Source of the DNA: Octopus vulgaris
Lineage: Eukaryota
Direction of reading: 5' to 3'
DNA: 64,000 nt
Assembly: GCA_951406725.2 (NCBI GenBank)
Contig: OX597820.1
Coordinates: 128,402,001 to 128,466,000, forward strand
The notes beneath the pieces are model-generated. The model was not told the DNA's origin. It worked only from the letters and a program-made list of their open reading frames with translations, and did no database searches. Made by a program: the position numbers and the translations under genes. Of the stretch, positions 35,961-62,089 are shown piece after piece. Each line of letters begins with the position of its first letter. Within the stretch, counting starts at the first letter, position 1.

Positions 35961-36527
35961 CGAAATATCATTACTATAAGTTTCTTCTACACCTTCTAGA
36001 AGGGCATACAGCATTGACCTCTGAGAGTGTTGAGTTGTGTTTGTATTTAACATTATTCTTTGTTGTACTAGCATACCCGTGTCATATAAAATGCTGACAG
36101 TTTTATTAATGATAGAAAATGGCACATCAACACAATGGGGGAAACCATTAATAAATGTCATAAATCTAGTAAATATATGTACATACACAGAATTGAAGCA
36201 CTTAAAGAACTAAATACGATTGTAACGTCATGTTTGAAAATATCAGCATAATAATGTATGCGTGTGTATGCACACACATATTCACATAGAAACTCACATA
36301 TGTACATATAAATATATATGTACATATAAATACATACATCTATATATAGTGAGAATTTACAAAAAAAAACCCAACAAAAGACTAAGACGGGTGTGTAAAC
36401 AACATACAGATGTATTAGTTTAACGCTCGTTTTACACTTCGAGCCTATGCTCTTCGACAGAAAGGAACACAGAAATAAACAGGGACAGAAAATAGAAAAA
36501 GGTTTAGTGACTAGCGATCTATCATGG

Positions 36528-37057
<530 letters not shown>

Positions 37058-37058
<1 letters not shown>

Positions 37059-38055
37059 TGTCATCGGGTGTACCACAGGGATCTGTCCTTGGTCCCCTCT
37101 TGTTTGTGGCATACATTAATGACATAGATGCCAATTTAAAGAATGCCACAGTATTGAAATATGCAGACGACATCAAGCTGTACCTTGAAATCAAGAGGAC
37201 AGATCCTGATGTCTACAACTCTTTCTTGCAATCAGACCTAGACACAATGCAGCAATGGATCACTGACTGGCAACTGAAACTGGCTGTGGACAAGTGTACC
37301 ACCATGCATTTTGGGAGAAAAAACCCTGCGTCCACATACTCCCTCCACAACACTGATATCAAGAAATCCTCTTGCGAGCGTGACCTAGGCATCACTGTCA
37401 GCAGTGATTTGCGTTGGACAAAGCATATCTCTAAAATTGTCAAGAAGGCCGAGGGTGTCTTGGCATCACTCAGCAAGACTTTTGTTAGCCGCTCTCCAGC
37501 CATCTATTTAAAACTGTATACAGCTATGGTACGACCACACTTGGAATTCGCATCATCAGTTTGGAACCCCTATCTTGCTCAGAACATTGACCTCCTGGAA
37601 TCTGTCCAGAGACGTGCAACCAAACGCATACCCTCCATCAGACACCTACCATATTCTGAGCGCCTTGTTTCCCTGGGCATGGATTCACTGAAGCTCCGGC
37701 GTCTGACGACGGACTTGGTAAACACCCACAAAGTTATCAACCACCTCACCAACAACAACACTGAACACCTTTTTGATCTCCATGTGTCTAACACACGTGG
37801 ACATGCCTACAAAGTCAGAAAACAACACAGCTCCCATGACTTTCGGAAACATTTTTTCACGCTCAGAGTTGCTGAAGCATGGAATAAACTGCCTGCGTCA
37901 GTTGTTGACTGCCATGACACTGCATCCTTTAAGGCCCTCATGCTTTCCGAAATCCGCCGAAACTACACCTGATTATATATACACTTTAGATGAGTTGTAG
38001 TGCACCTGAGCACTGTACACAATTATTATTATTATTATTATATTATTATTATTAT
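37058..38055 (+). mobile_element. 5'-truncated CR1-group LINE (RT C-terminal half) with (ATT)n tail
   Basis: [69 protein letters not shown]. Confidence 0.92.
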
Positions 38056-38635
38056 ATAGCGATAATATTTTTAATTGAAGTCGAGGGTCACCAATTGTAA
38101 CGGGTAAGATTGATTAGATACACAATAATATGAAAAGTCGGGGTCAACAGTTGTAACGATAAAAATTTGTTGTGAGAGTTGTAGGGTGTAGGACGTTGTC
38201 TCACAGTTGCTGACAGTAAACTTCATTTCTCCCTCTGACCAAGGTTCTAGCTGGTCAGCCAAACTTCGTTGTCGCCGAGGTGACTAACTGGTTGAATCGT
38301 CACTGACTGATTTTTGCTTGGGGTATTCTTGCTTTTATAACTATCCAGAAGGATAGATATATCATTGAAAACAATAGATTTAGTTGGTGGTCTTGTAGAA
38401 GAGGTTAGAAAGGGTCAAGTGGTGAAGACATTTCGGCCTAGCTAAAGGCAATCTGGCGAATGTCAAACTGCTGTCACAGAAAAACCATTGTTCCACTGTG
38501 GGAAAGGTTCTGTTGCAGTGTTAATTTAAATTTGGCTATGGTGGATCGAATCCACTTCATGCATGCAAGATCCACTACACACTCACACACACACATACAT
38601 ACAGACACACACACACACCCACACAGATAGCCAGC

Positions 38636-38716
<81 letters not shown>

Positions 38717-38789
38717 GTAGACATAACTATATACATATATATATATTTACATATATACGTTTATGTATATAGTTGTGTGTGTGTGTGTG

Positions 38790-39295
38790 TGTAGGCGCAG
38801 TTACCTCTCTCGACAGCGGCTGTTTAAAATAGCTCGCCACTCGATGGCGCAAGCAGCGCTAAGGTTCGGATGCTAGATCCTGGCACTTCTTTCGCATTGA
38901 GGCACCGGAGCGTAAAGACATGACCTCACCAGCTCTGTTACTAGATACACGCGGCAGCTAGCAGGCATCAAGCAAACACGAGGTAATACAGAGAAGATGA
39001 ACATGGCCTCTATTCATCAAACTCTTTCCATTCTTATTCAATTTGTATATATCTGAGACCGAGAGTAAAGGTATATAAAGTTACAGCTTTGTTCTATGAA
39101 TTCACTGTACCGTGTTTCTTTATCGAATGACATATTACAGCCTTCTGAACAGAGTCATCATTAGATGGCTTCACAACCTGAGAACACCACCAATCTAAAA
39201 TGCTGACCCCGACGCAGCACACGCACCACCAGTTAAAATGGTAACTATGACGTTCTAGATCACAATTCCTTCTGAAATGGTGACCCTTGGACGAA
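38790..39295 (+). mobile_element. Candidate LTR followed by three tRNA-Trp-type primer-binding-site-like motifs
   Basis: GC-rich block starting TGTAGG; TGCTGACCCCGACG (39201), TGGTAACTATGACG (39239), TGGTGACCCTTGGACG (39278) resemble TGGTGACCCCGACG, the complement of the tRNA-Trp 3' end. Confidence 0.45.
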
Positions 39296-41139
39296 TTCCT
39301 GACATGTGGAAACGTATTCCTTTTTCTCCTTCTCGACTTCGTCTACGCAATCAAGCTGCCATTCATTGTATAAGGATACACTACCGATGTCTCTCTCGTC
39401 CCATATTGTTTTCTCCATCAAAAAATTTTGGCGCCATTTCCAAGCAGGAGCTGCACATCTTTTTTTTCCCTCGTGTTGTAACTGAATTTACAACTTGGTC
39501 CTTCGAAGACACAGCTTTCCAGGGGAATTTTCTTCTTGAATGTTAGAAGAAGAAAATTTTATCCGGAATTCACATGGATAACAATTTTTCCTACGTGCCA
39601 GGTATGAGTTTCCCTCTCTCAACCCTACCCAAATTATCCATGTGCTGGCCATTGTTTTGTTCTTTATCCGTTGGCAAGGACTTCTCGCATTTCATCCTCT
39701 GCTGCTGAAAAAATTCCTAGTTCGATGCTCGCCGTGTCTTGTTTCAACTAGGGTGTTTTGATTGCTATTTCTAGCGGCATTTCCTTCAACCAGCTTGTTT
39801 TTCGAGGTATTCCGTTTCCTATTATCGTCTAAAGATGAGTCCTTCGTCTTTCTCGCGTGCTTGTACTTCTTCTGCTCCGGACGACAAACAATCCTCCGAA
39901 ACCTTTCGGGCCATGAGTGAACTGACCCGTCTGACTTCACGCATGTGCATGGACCGTTCGTCTTCATGGAATTATTCTGCAGAGCGGACCAGGCACTGCT
40001 CTTTCTCGCGCGGACGCGCTCTTATTGCTCCACCAGTTTGTTGGTACCATATGACAGCATTTTCAAGCAATGCCACTGAACGGTACCTCTCAACTAGACG
40101 CCTTGTCACGACCGCCACTGCTGCTCCTGCAAATCTTCGAACTGCATTCTACTCTTTGGCGCTTCTTTTTTTAATGAACACTTGTCTTCGACTGTGCCAT
40201 TTTGGGATCCCGGCATCTTTCATATTCACCACGTTATTCACTCTGTACACTGGCATGATGAGCCAGAGGAAATTTTGTACTCCATACTTGTCCCGAGGTC
40301 CTACATTCCTCACTTCGATGACCTCTCTTGCAAAACTCTGTCTTAAAGTAACCATTTTTATTTTTTCGTGGAAATTTCACCACTATACCTGTACAACATT
40401 ACAGTAGCATACTACTGTGTATTATATAGGTGCTGAACGAACGGTTAAGAAGTTCATTTCGAACCACGAAGTCCCAGGTTCGATTCCACTGTGTAGCATC
40501 TTGGGTAACTGTCATTTTCTATAACCGCAGTGGTGGAAACTGTAATTCCAGAGATGCAGATTTGTCCCATATAGTGATCTTGACGTGTACCCCTACTTAC
40601 ATTAAGGGTACACATGTATGGAGCGCACAACCACTTACACATTAATTCAGGGGCAAGTAATTCAATTGATGGAAAAACTGAATCCTCGTTGCATAATGAC
40701 AGAGATATAATGCTATCCATCCAATCATCCTCCCAACCCAGTATTCTCTGCAGGACTGTGAGAATAGAGTTCCCAGGCACCTCCTCAATAGGACCTATCT
40801 GACCCAGTAATGATTTGTTGGAATGGGGCTTATATGTCCTCGTGACCCCAGCATCAACACAAGGACATAAGGGTCATTACCTTCTGTCTAGAAAAGACAG
40901 AGAAGCACAAAATAGAGGAACCAAGGATATTATTCTTGTAGCACCACCAGTCACAATGCCAGAATCCAAGGAGAAGGTCACCTTGTCCTGTATCCCAAGA
41001 GCACACAACCACGAAACCAGGATGTGAAAGTTTGGAGTCAAAAAGTGGAAGCTCACACTAATAGTACAACTCCATTGTTTTGCGATAATGGGTATAAAAT
41101 GGAGACTAGATAAGATTTGCATGCAGCTTACTTACTGTT

Positions 41140-41548
41140 GTTGCATGTGTTAATGAAATAAATGCTAACTTGAAGTGCGTAACTGAATTAAAATAAGCAG
41201 CTATACCTTGAAATAAAAGAACAGATCCTATACGAAAATAGCTCTTGCTTGCAATCAGACCTGGACATAATGCAGCAATGAATTGTTGACTGCTGATTAA
41301 AACTGACAGTAGACAAATGTACATTTTGCATAGAATGTCTTGCAATTTGCCAACACCCTTCACATATAAACCTTAAGACGTCTACTGGTGAACGGAGCCT
41401 AGACATTATTGTCAACAACGATCTGCTTTGAACGAACCACTTTCCTACAGTTGTCTAAAAGGCTGAAGGTGTTTTAACATCACTCTGTAAGAGCCTTGTC
41501 AGCCACTCACCAACTATTTGTTCAAACCTCTCTCTCTCTCTCTCTCTC

Positions 41549-41588
<40 letters not shown>

Positions 41589-41985
41589 GTACTTCTTCAC
41601 TTGCAGTATGGATCTGAGAGTTATGGTTCAAAACTCAGCTGGAGCCTTGCTACACATACTTACAAAATCAAAAAACAGCACAGCAGCATGACTTTCAGAA
41701 ATTCATTTTCTTCATGCTCAGAATTGTCGAAACATGGATGAAACTATCCACATTCACTGTCAGGACACTGCATCCTTCAAAAACTCCATGCTTTCCCAAA
41801 TTTACCAACATTACACCTTTCCTCTTTATAGATCTACTGTTCACTTTTCTGCTTTATGTTTCATCGTGTGTACTGTGCATGAATTGTCGGCTACCATTGC
41901 TGTCATTCTTAACTTGTTGTTGCTTTCTGTCACCTCCCCTTTGTCCTTTTTCAACTAGTTGTATTGCACTGAGCACTGTATAATA
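41140..41985 (+). mobile_element. Highly degenerate CR1-group LINE fragment related to 37058-38055
   Basis: Shared stretches (ttgcaatcagacct.gaca.aatgcagcaatg; aaggctgaaggtgt; aaaacagcacagc..catgactttc). Confidence 0.7.
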
Positions 41986-44247
41986 TGTCATCAAATAACA
42001 GATTACTGTCACGCTCCTCGTTTTTAACACTGCACTTAGAAAATGAATACAGGACACTGTAGAAGAAGCTCCCATATTTTACACGGCCATTAGTGTGCCA
42101 CTAGTACAGGTATGCAGATAGTGTGTTTCCATTGTTTTACCGTTCTTCTTAGTTACCATCATGATTTACATTGGTGCATACCGTGTATTTGTAGATGAAA
42201 CATTTTTCAACTTGTAAAATGCAAACGTTTTTTTTTGCCTCACAATGTATATAGAAAGTCATGCTTATCTTAAAATTGCTATCTATGTATCATATGGAAT
42301 GTATATACATCCTTGGAGGGCATGATACTGCGGTTTTGCTGGAGGGTAAATCTCTTCGTAGACATGCTGTGTTAAAAATGAAATTTATATGGGAGTGAGG
42401 CGAACCTTGTTGTTGCAGTAATTCATAAGAATAGCAGGTACGTTTCGCCCTACTTAGAATTTGCCAGTGCCATGCATCCATTTGTCACTTGCTTAGACTA
42501 AATTCATGCTTCGATATATATAGGAAACATTGAATAATACATTCACTGATATTGTAGAAAGCTGGCCAGGCTGTAATAAACTCAGTGAACGCAATTGAAA
42601 GGACATTAAATTAGAGAGGCACAACATTTACAAGCCCTGAGTAAGGAGAAACACGTCTGTCATTCTTGTGAATCACTGCTGCAACGATGTTCGCTTTGCT
42701 CTGATATATATTGTGTTTTTAACATAATGTGTATGAAGACATTTTCTCTCAGAGAAAAACCACAGCATCATACCTTTCAATGGTGTATATATATTTGGTA
42801 TGATTGACAGATGGCAAAATCAAATTTAGTGTTGTTTCAATTGCATTCATTGAATTGCTTACCTCCGTGTTGGATGATTTCTGATTTAGGATCAAGGCCA
42901 GCAATTTAGATGGAGGACCTTAGCCGATTACATCAATACTTATACTAGACTGCTATCTTATTTTATCAATGCCAGAAGGATGCAGGACAAAGCTAACCTC
43001 AATGATATTAGAATTCAAAGGTGATTCAAGGCGGCAAGCTGGCAGAATCGTTAGCACGCCGGGCAAAATATGTAGCTGTATTTCGTCTGCCAATACGTTC
43101 TGAGTTCAAATTCCGCTGAGGTCGACTTTGCCTTTCATCCTTTCAGGGTTGGTAAATTAAGTACCAGTTACGCACTGGGGTCGATGTAATTGACTTAATC
43201 TGTTTGTCTATCCTTGTTTGTCCTCTCTGTGTTTAGCTCCTTGGGGGTAATAAAGAAATAGGTATTAGAATTTAAAGTACATAAAGTGACAAGACAAATG
43301 CTCTAACGATTCTGCCAGCTCGTCTCCTTTAAATCGTGTATAATAGAATAAGATTTCCCATGCTGTTCAAACATTATTAGTCAAGACAGTTGTCCGAAGA
43401 ACACTGAAGTCTGTTGGGATTTTTGATAAACAAAATTTTATTCTTTTCGTACAAAAAACAAAAAGAAAAATGAGTTGTCCTTACTATGAATGTCAAAATG
43501 TCAAGAGCGTTTTGTTCTTGGTTTAGTTGTAGCAGCAGATAAAGGGTTGTTAGTTGCTAGCTATTGACTTCTACTGACTTCTAATGCTGTTCACTGTTTC
43601 TGTTGGCCAACTTTTACAGTGTTTGTCAATATTCTCTTTGCTGCATCCCAAAGCGCTCTGTCTAATAGTCACGATGTACTCAATTTATAATGGCTGATAG
43701 GCTCCGATGGAAACGCACCAAAAGAAAAATATAATTATAGCTGGAGCCTAGTCAACACGAATTAGTGATTGGTCAGATTCTGTTGATCACGTGGATAATA
43801 TTCTAGCAAATCATGACAATGGGTGATTGCTGAATATTCCTGCTACAGATTTATTAAAGCCTTAAATTCTGCTTTTAAAAAATCTGCAGCGAATTGGTTG
43901 AACATCACTTTCTGACTTTCTTTAAAAAGAAGGGATACATGTGATTGTAGATAGGTGAAATAAATATTAGAGATGCTTTGCCCAATGCAAAAAACTGCAG
44001 AAGCTATTGAAAGATGTTACAACTTCTTCCTTGGCCTGTGACTAAAGACATCATAATGTTGGAAACCCACTCCTATCATCAGCAAGTATTTCAGGTTTTA
44101 GATACAGGTACATGCATGGCTTTGCAAGCACATTGTTTCAGGTTCAGTTCCACTGTGCAACACCTTAGACTTCTGCTATAGCACTGAACCAACCAATGCC
44201 ATGTGAAGAAATAAGCTGATAAACAAAAACTTTATAGAAGCCCATTG

Positions 44248-44289
<42 letters not shown>

Positions 44290-44305
44290 TATATATGTAT
44301 ATACA

Positions 44306-45011
44306 CAGGGTGACCATAAAGTCACACACCATCCTGCAATATGTGAAATTGCTAACATTCTCTTTTTTTATCCTTTTTCACAACTGCCGGTTTTACTCAC
44401 AAACCAATCCTCAATGGATGGAGGCAGATAATCAACAAGATGGGGGCAAGGTAATGGTGTGGTGTGGGATTTGACACAGTCAAGTAATTGGACCATTTTA
44501 TTTTGAGAGCTCTGTGACAGGTGATTTGTATGTGGACATGGCTTGGTAACAAGATGATGCCTCATGTGCATTCACTTGGAAGGGAAATCCTGTCTGGTTT
44601 TTCAGCAGGATGGGGCTCTGCCCAATTATGCATTACAGGTTTGTGATTTTCTGAATGGCCATTTTCCAGGGAGATGGCTCAGTTATCGTGGGCCAATTGA
44701 ATGGGGACCACAGTCACTTGATGTAACTCCCCATGGACTTTTTCATCTGAGATTACATTAAATCCCTAGTGTATTCTGAAAAGATTCATTCATGATCAAG
44801 GACTCTTCTTCAAAGAATTGTTGAAGCGTATGAACAAGTCGAGGGCAATGAAGAGCTATTTGAGAGGGATCATCGCAATTTCAAATTCCATATGTACACT
44901 TGTTTAGAGCTACATGACCAACACTTTGAACATTTGTAATGGATTACCTACTTCACTGCTAATAAAGTGTACTTGATATCTCCTATGGTGCATGACTTTG
45001 TGGCCAACCTG
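44306..45011 (+). mobile_element. Internally deleted Tc1/mariner-superfamily transposon
   Basis: TIRs CAGGGTGACCATAAAGTCA / TGACTTTGTGGCCAACCTG; VMVWCGI, FQQDGA..FPGRW..RGPIEW..S.D.TP motifs. Confidence 0.8.
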
Positions 45012-46254
45012 TATATACATTTATATATATAATCAGGATCCCTTAACTGATGCAGCCAGTTGTTGGGGTGCCACTCTTAGACAATTTCATAGTGAGCCAT
45101 CACCGTTGGTCTCTGTTCTCTGTTTTGCATATCAGGTTCATTGTGCTGTGACCTGTCCAGTCCTTGATGTTGTCAAACCAGGATTTTCTCTGTCTGCCTA
45201 TTTTTCATCCTCCCTCGACTGTGTCCTGAAGAATGGTTTTGTACAGGGAGTTGTGGTGGGATAGATGACCATACCAGGTAAGCTTTCATCTTTTTACCTG
45301 TGCAAAGAGTGGTTCCTAACTGCCAGCATATTTGTTGACTTGCTGCCTGACAAAGCTTTTTTGTATACATATGTATACAGAAATTCTTTTGTATACAAAT
45401 ATACAAAAGAATCTCAAAGCAGACGAAGCAATAAATAAAAATAATAGCATGTAAATATTGGGTTTAAAAAGACCTTTGGATAGAAAAAAGCCGAAGGCTG
45501 CTTCATTGTGTGTGTGTGTATATGTGTGGTGTATGTCTTTGTGTTTGACACTGCTTAACAACTGGTGTTGGTTTGTTTACATCCATGTACATTAATGGTT
45601 CAGCAAAAGAGTCCAATAGGATAAGTACCAGACTTAAAAATAAGTGGTAGTTGGTTTGTTTGACAAAACCATCAAAAGTGGTGCTCCAGCATGGCTGCAG
45701 TGCACTGACAGAAACAAATGAAAAATAGAATATGATATACATTGATAAGTAAATAAATGAACAAAAGGCATCAGAGGGGCAATGCATGCCCTGTGCCCAG
45801 ATAATTTTTTTCGCAAATTAATGTGGCTTACAATGCATTGCTTACCCATGCTTTTTAATTGAACTGAATTATTATTATTTTTTTTAAATATCACCATTAT
45901 AGGTATTTATACTCCGGTGAAATTAAGAAATTAACCTCGTAAATAAAGGAAACCTTCAAATCCATCACTGTACACACAAATATACACACACAGTTGCATA
46001 TCTATGTATGTATTTATGTATGTTTGAAGATAATCCAAAAAAATTTTCATCATTTCAAGCCACTCACCCAATGAGTATTTCTGCCGAAGTTGGTGAAAAT
46101 CTGTTTAGTCATTCTCCAGTAATTTTGCTAACATACAAGCAAAGAAACTAAGATGAGTGATTACAATACTCTGTTTTCACTTATGTGCACAGGGAATTAA
46201 ATAAATAAAAAGTTGAATGGTCAAATATAGGGCACCTTTGCTCAATCAGAGATT

Positions 46255-46349
<95 letters not shown>

Positions 46350-46399
46350 GGCTGGGTTCCAACTTGGGATGCAGCAACAAAGTCCAACCACCACACTTT

Positions 46400-47300
46400 T
46401 AGCGCCGTCATCACTGCCTTGAGGTCCAGGCCAGTGTCTGCAATCAAGTTGTTGATGTATGTGTGACGATGTTTTCCTCTTCTTGCTTCTTCTTAGGTTC
46501 TTCAAGACTAATTTGGATGCTTCCAATTCAGGGTGGTGCATGCAGTGACCAGATAGTCACAGCTATCTTTGCCTGATCTTCTTGCTAACTTTCAGAAGTT
46601 TACTTTAAGGCATTTGTTTGTCATATGTTGCTGCCATTTCAAATTTAGAGCCATTCGTAGCATCCATTTGTTGTTGTTGTTCCTTCTCAAGCCATGCCTG
46701 GCTCATAGGGCCGGTTTCCCAGTTTCCTTGGCGTATAGGTTCCCCACCTGGACAGTACGCTAGTCCGTCGCAGGTGAGCTGCAAGATGCAGGAGGAAAGA
46801 ATGATAGAAAGTTGTGGCAAAAGAGTCAGCAGAAGTTCGCCATTACTTTCTGCCAGAGCCAATTGGAGTTTAGGTGTTTCGCTCATAAACACACACATTG
46901 CCCAGTCTGAGATTCGAACCTGCAATCCCTCAACTGCAAGTGCGCTACTCTACCCACTAGGCCATGTACCTCCACAGCATCCATTTGGCCCATTTGATAA
47001 TTTCTTTGGCAGTGTTCATTTTTCACTGCCATATAATAGCACTGATTCAACAGTTGCAATGAAGTGCTTGGACAATTTGGAGTTCCAGACCTTCTTTAGT
47101 TTGTGACAGGTAGTCCGTGCTTGTGCCTTCTTGCTCTTGATGTCTGCTCTCAAAGTGCTCATCCTACCATCTGAGTACTTGAAGTCTTCAGCAACATTCA
47201 ATTTGGAACTACTCAAAGCAAAACAGCATCACTTGATTGGTTGAATGGTATGTATTCAGATTTCTTGACATTTGTGTGCTGTCTAATTTTAGCAGCTGAT
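46400..47300 (-). mobile_element. Degenerate RTE-type LINE fragment interrupted by a SINE (about 46680-46975)
   Basis: EDFKY..DIK.KKAQA...LKKVWNS..FIATVESVLLYGSE; tRNA-like SINE head on minus strand. Confidence 0.6.
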
Positions 47301-47485
47301 GTTGATATGATCTCTGAGTTAAACAATGACAACAATCTTAGGTTATCGACCAAAAATAAATAAATAAACGAATAAATAAATTCAGTTCTTAAAATCTAAT
47401 GAGGTTCATGTCTAAATAATTATTATATTTAACAATGTTTCCTTTTTACTTTTTAATTGTTTTTTTTTTTTTCCAGTTTACGATA

Positions 47486-58949
<11,464 letters not shown>

Positions 58950-59535
58950 GTAAGTTCAAACCTCAGTTATTTGATAATAGGGCAAAAAACTAGTATAAAA
59001 TGGTTTCTAGTATTGTGTGTGCGCAAGTGTGAGAGCATGTGCCTGTGAGTGAGTGTGTGTCAGTGTGTGAGTGAGTGTGTGTGCGTGTGTGTCTGTGTGT
59101 GTGTGTGTGCGTGCATGCATGTGTGTGTACATACATCTTTTATCTTTTATTTATTTGAGTGCAGCTATAGTGGGGCACCACCTTGAAGAGTTCTAGTCAC
59201 ACACATATTGACACCAGAACATCTTTTTAAGTCTAGTACTTATTTTATCAGACTCTTTTGCCAAACCACTAAGTTATGGGGGACATAAACACACCAACAC
59301 TGGTCGTCAAGCAGCAGTGAGGAAGAAACACAGATACAAAGACACACACATAGATATATATATACAATGGGCTTCTTTCAGTTTCCATCCTCGAAACCTC
59401 ACAAGGTTATGGTGTGTCTGAGGCTATTGTAGAAGACATTTGCCCAAGGTGCCACACAATGAGACTGAACCTGGAACCATGTGGTTGAGAAGCAAGCTTC
59501 TTACGACACAACCATGCCTGCACCTATATACATAT

Positions 59536-60192
59536 CAGCCATGTGTGTATAAATGTGAACAAATATTTGTTTTTTTTATTAGAAGCATTGAAATGTGTTA
59601 TTGTACAATACAAATAAGAAGATATTTTTGAAAATTTATTGTTGCCATTAGAACAGCAGAGATACAGGGTAAATTACTCTTACAAGGCAGAAAGATTTGT
59701 CAACAACCAGCCATAGAATCAAACCCATACCCCTCAAAGACTCATGTTGAGTGCTTTATCATTAAGCTAAACTACCACTGACAAATTCAACCATGTGTGT
59801 GTAAATGTAAACAAACAAATATTTGTTTTTTTTATTAGAAGTGTTGAAATGTATAATGTAAGGGTAATTTGACCCAGAATTTCTGCTCTTCTAATGGCAA
59901 CTCTGCATTTCAAAAAAATATCATCTTCTTATTTGTATTGTACAATATTCATTTTGATGCTTCTAATAAAAAAAACAAATATTTTCTTGTTTACATTTCT
60001 ACATACATGGTTGTTCTATACAGCTAAAACTACTTAGCACTCAGCCCGAGTCTTTGAGAAAATGGGTTTGAGTCCTACAGCTGACTGTTGACAAACTTTT
60101 TCACCTTGTAAGTAATTTAACCTGTATTTTTGCTGTTCTAACAACAACTCTGCATTTGAAAAAATATTATCTTCTAATTTGTATCATACAAT
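59536..60192. repeat. About 255-bp unit arranged as partial tandem plus inverted copies
   Basis: CCATGTGTGT..AACAAATATTTGTTTTTTTTATTAGAAG at 59538 and 59790; reverse-complement copies across 59860-60190. Confidence 0.75.
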
Positions 60193-60263
60193 ATATATAT
60201 ACATATATATATATACATATATATATATACATATATACATACATATATATATATACATATATA

Positions 60264-60299
<36 letters not shown>

Positions 60300-60339
60300 T
60301 GTATGTATGTATGTATGTATGTATTTATGTATGTATGTA

Positions 60340-60434
<95 letters not shown>

Positions 60435-60538
60435 ACATGTATTAGAATTTTCTCTGATTTTTCAGATTTTGTATCCTAGGCTACTGGTTTTAAATTGATA
60501 TTAATTAAATTAATATTCAATTTATCTCCCTCATTACT

Positions 60539-60636
<98 letters not shown>

Positions 60637-60713
60637 CACATATAATATATATATATATATATACACATATATATATATATACATATACATATAATATATA
60701 CATATACATATAA

Positions 60714-60785
<72 letters not shown>

Positions 60786-60787
<2 letters not shown>

Positions 60788-61789
60788 TCATCATCATCAT
60801 TTAACGTCCGTTTTCCATGCTAGCATCGGTTGGACGGTTCAACTGGGGTCTGGTAAGCCAGGAGGTTGTGCCAGGCCCAGTCTGATCTGGCAGTGTTTCT
60901 ACAGCTTGATGCCCTTCCTAACGCCAACCACTCCGAGAGTGTAGTGGCTGCTTTTTATGTGCCACCTGCACAGGTGCCAGATGAGGCTGGCAAATGGCCA
61001 CGATCGGATGGTGCTTTTTACGTGCCACCGGCACAGAGGCCACTCGGGGCGGTGCTGGCAACAGCCACCTTCGGACAGTTCTCTTACATGCCACTGGCAC
61101 TGGTATCTCAGCTACAATTTCCATTGATGTTGAAAGATTTCGATTTCGATTTTGATTTTGATTTTCACTTGCCTCAACAGGTCTTCACAAGTAGGGTTTG
61201 TCACAAGAAGGAACGGTATGCATAAGTGGGCTGGCTACGTCCCAGGTAGAGGCCACGGGTTATGGTCTCACTTGTCCTGCCGAGTCTTCCCACGCACAGC
61301 ATACTTCCAAAGGTCTCAGTCTCTGGTCATTTCCTCGGTGAGGCCTAAATTTCGAAGGTCGTTCTTCACCACCTCGTCCCTGGTTTTCCTGGGTCTACCT
61401 CTTCCACAGGTTCCCTCAACTGCTAGGGTGTGGCACCTTTGCACACACCTATCTTCATCCATTCTCGCCACATGACCATACCGGCGCAAACGTCTCTCTT
61501 GCACACCACAACTGATGCTTCTTAGGTCCAACTTTTCTCTCAAGGTACTTACACTTTGTCGAGTATGAACACTGACATTACACATCCATTGGAGCATACT
61601 GGCTTCATTTCTTGCGAGCTTACGCATATCCTCAGCAGTCACAGCCCATATTTCACTGCCATGTAGCATGGCTGTTCGTACACATGTTTCATACAGTCTG
61701 CTTTTTGTTCTGAGCAAGAGGCCTTTTGTCACCAGCAGAGGTAAGAGCTCTCTGAACTTTGCCCAGGCTATTCTTACTCTAGCAGTTAC

Positions 61790-61790
<1 letters not shown>
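60786..61790 (-). mobile_element. RTE-clade LINE 3' fragment (same family as 23886-25078)
   Basis: [44 protein letters not shown]; (GAT)n tail. Confidence 0.9.
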
Positions 61791-61832
<42 letters not shown>

Positions 61833-61845
61833 ATGTATGTATATG

Positions 61846-61884
<39 letters not shown>

Positions 61885-61895
61885 GTATGTATATG

Positions 61896-61938
<43 letters not shown>

Positions 61939-61992
61939 ATATATATATATGTATGTATATATATATGTATGTATATATATATATATGTATGC

Positions 61993-62085
<93 letters not shown>

Positions 62086-62089
<4 letters not shown>

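Noticed and set aside
39185-39295. Repeat-spacer periodicity resembling a CRISPR array
   Set aside because: Eukaryotic context, only three degenerate units, no cas genes; better explained as PBS-like repeats
39600-40407. 190-aa ORF 39835-40407 as a host gene
   Set aside because: No recognisable domain or splice context; the minus strand looks like a decayed LINE C-terminus, too weak to classify
43540-43830. CCAAT, E-box and partial X-box motifs as the ZDHHC promoter
   Set aside because: Short motifs expected by chance; no first exon could be defined from sequence alone
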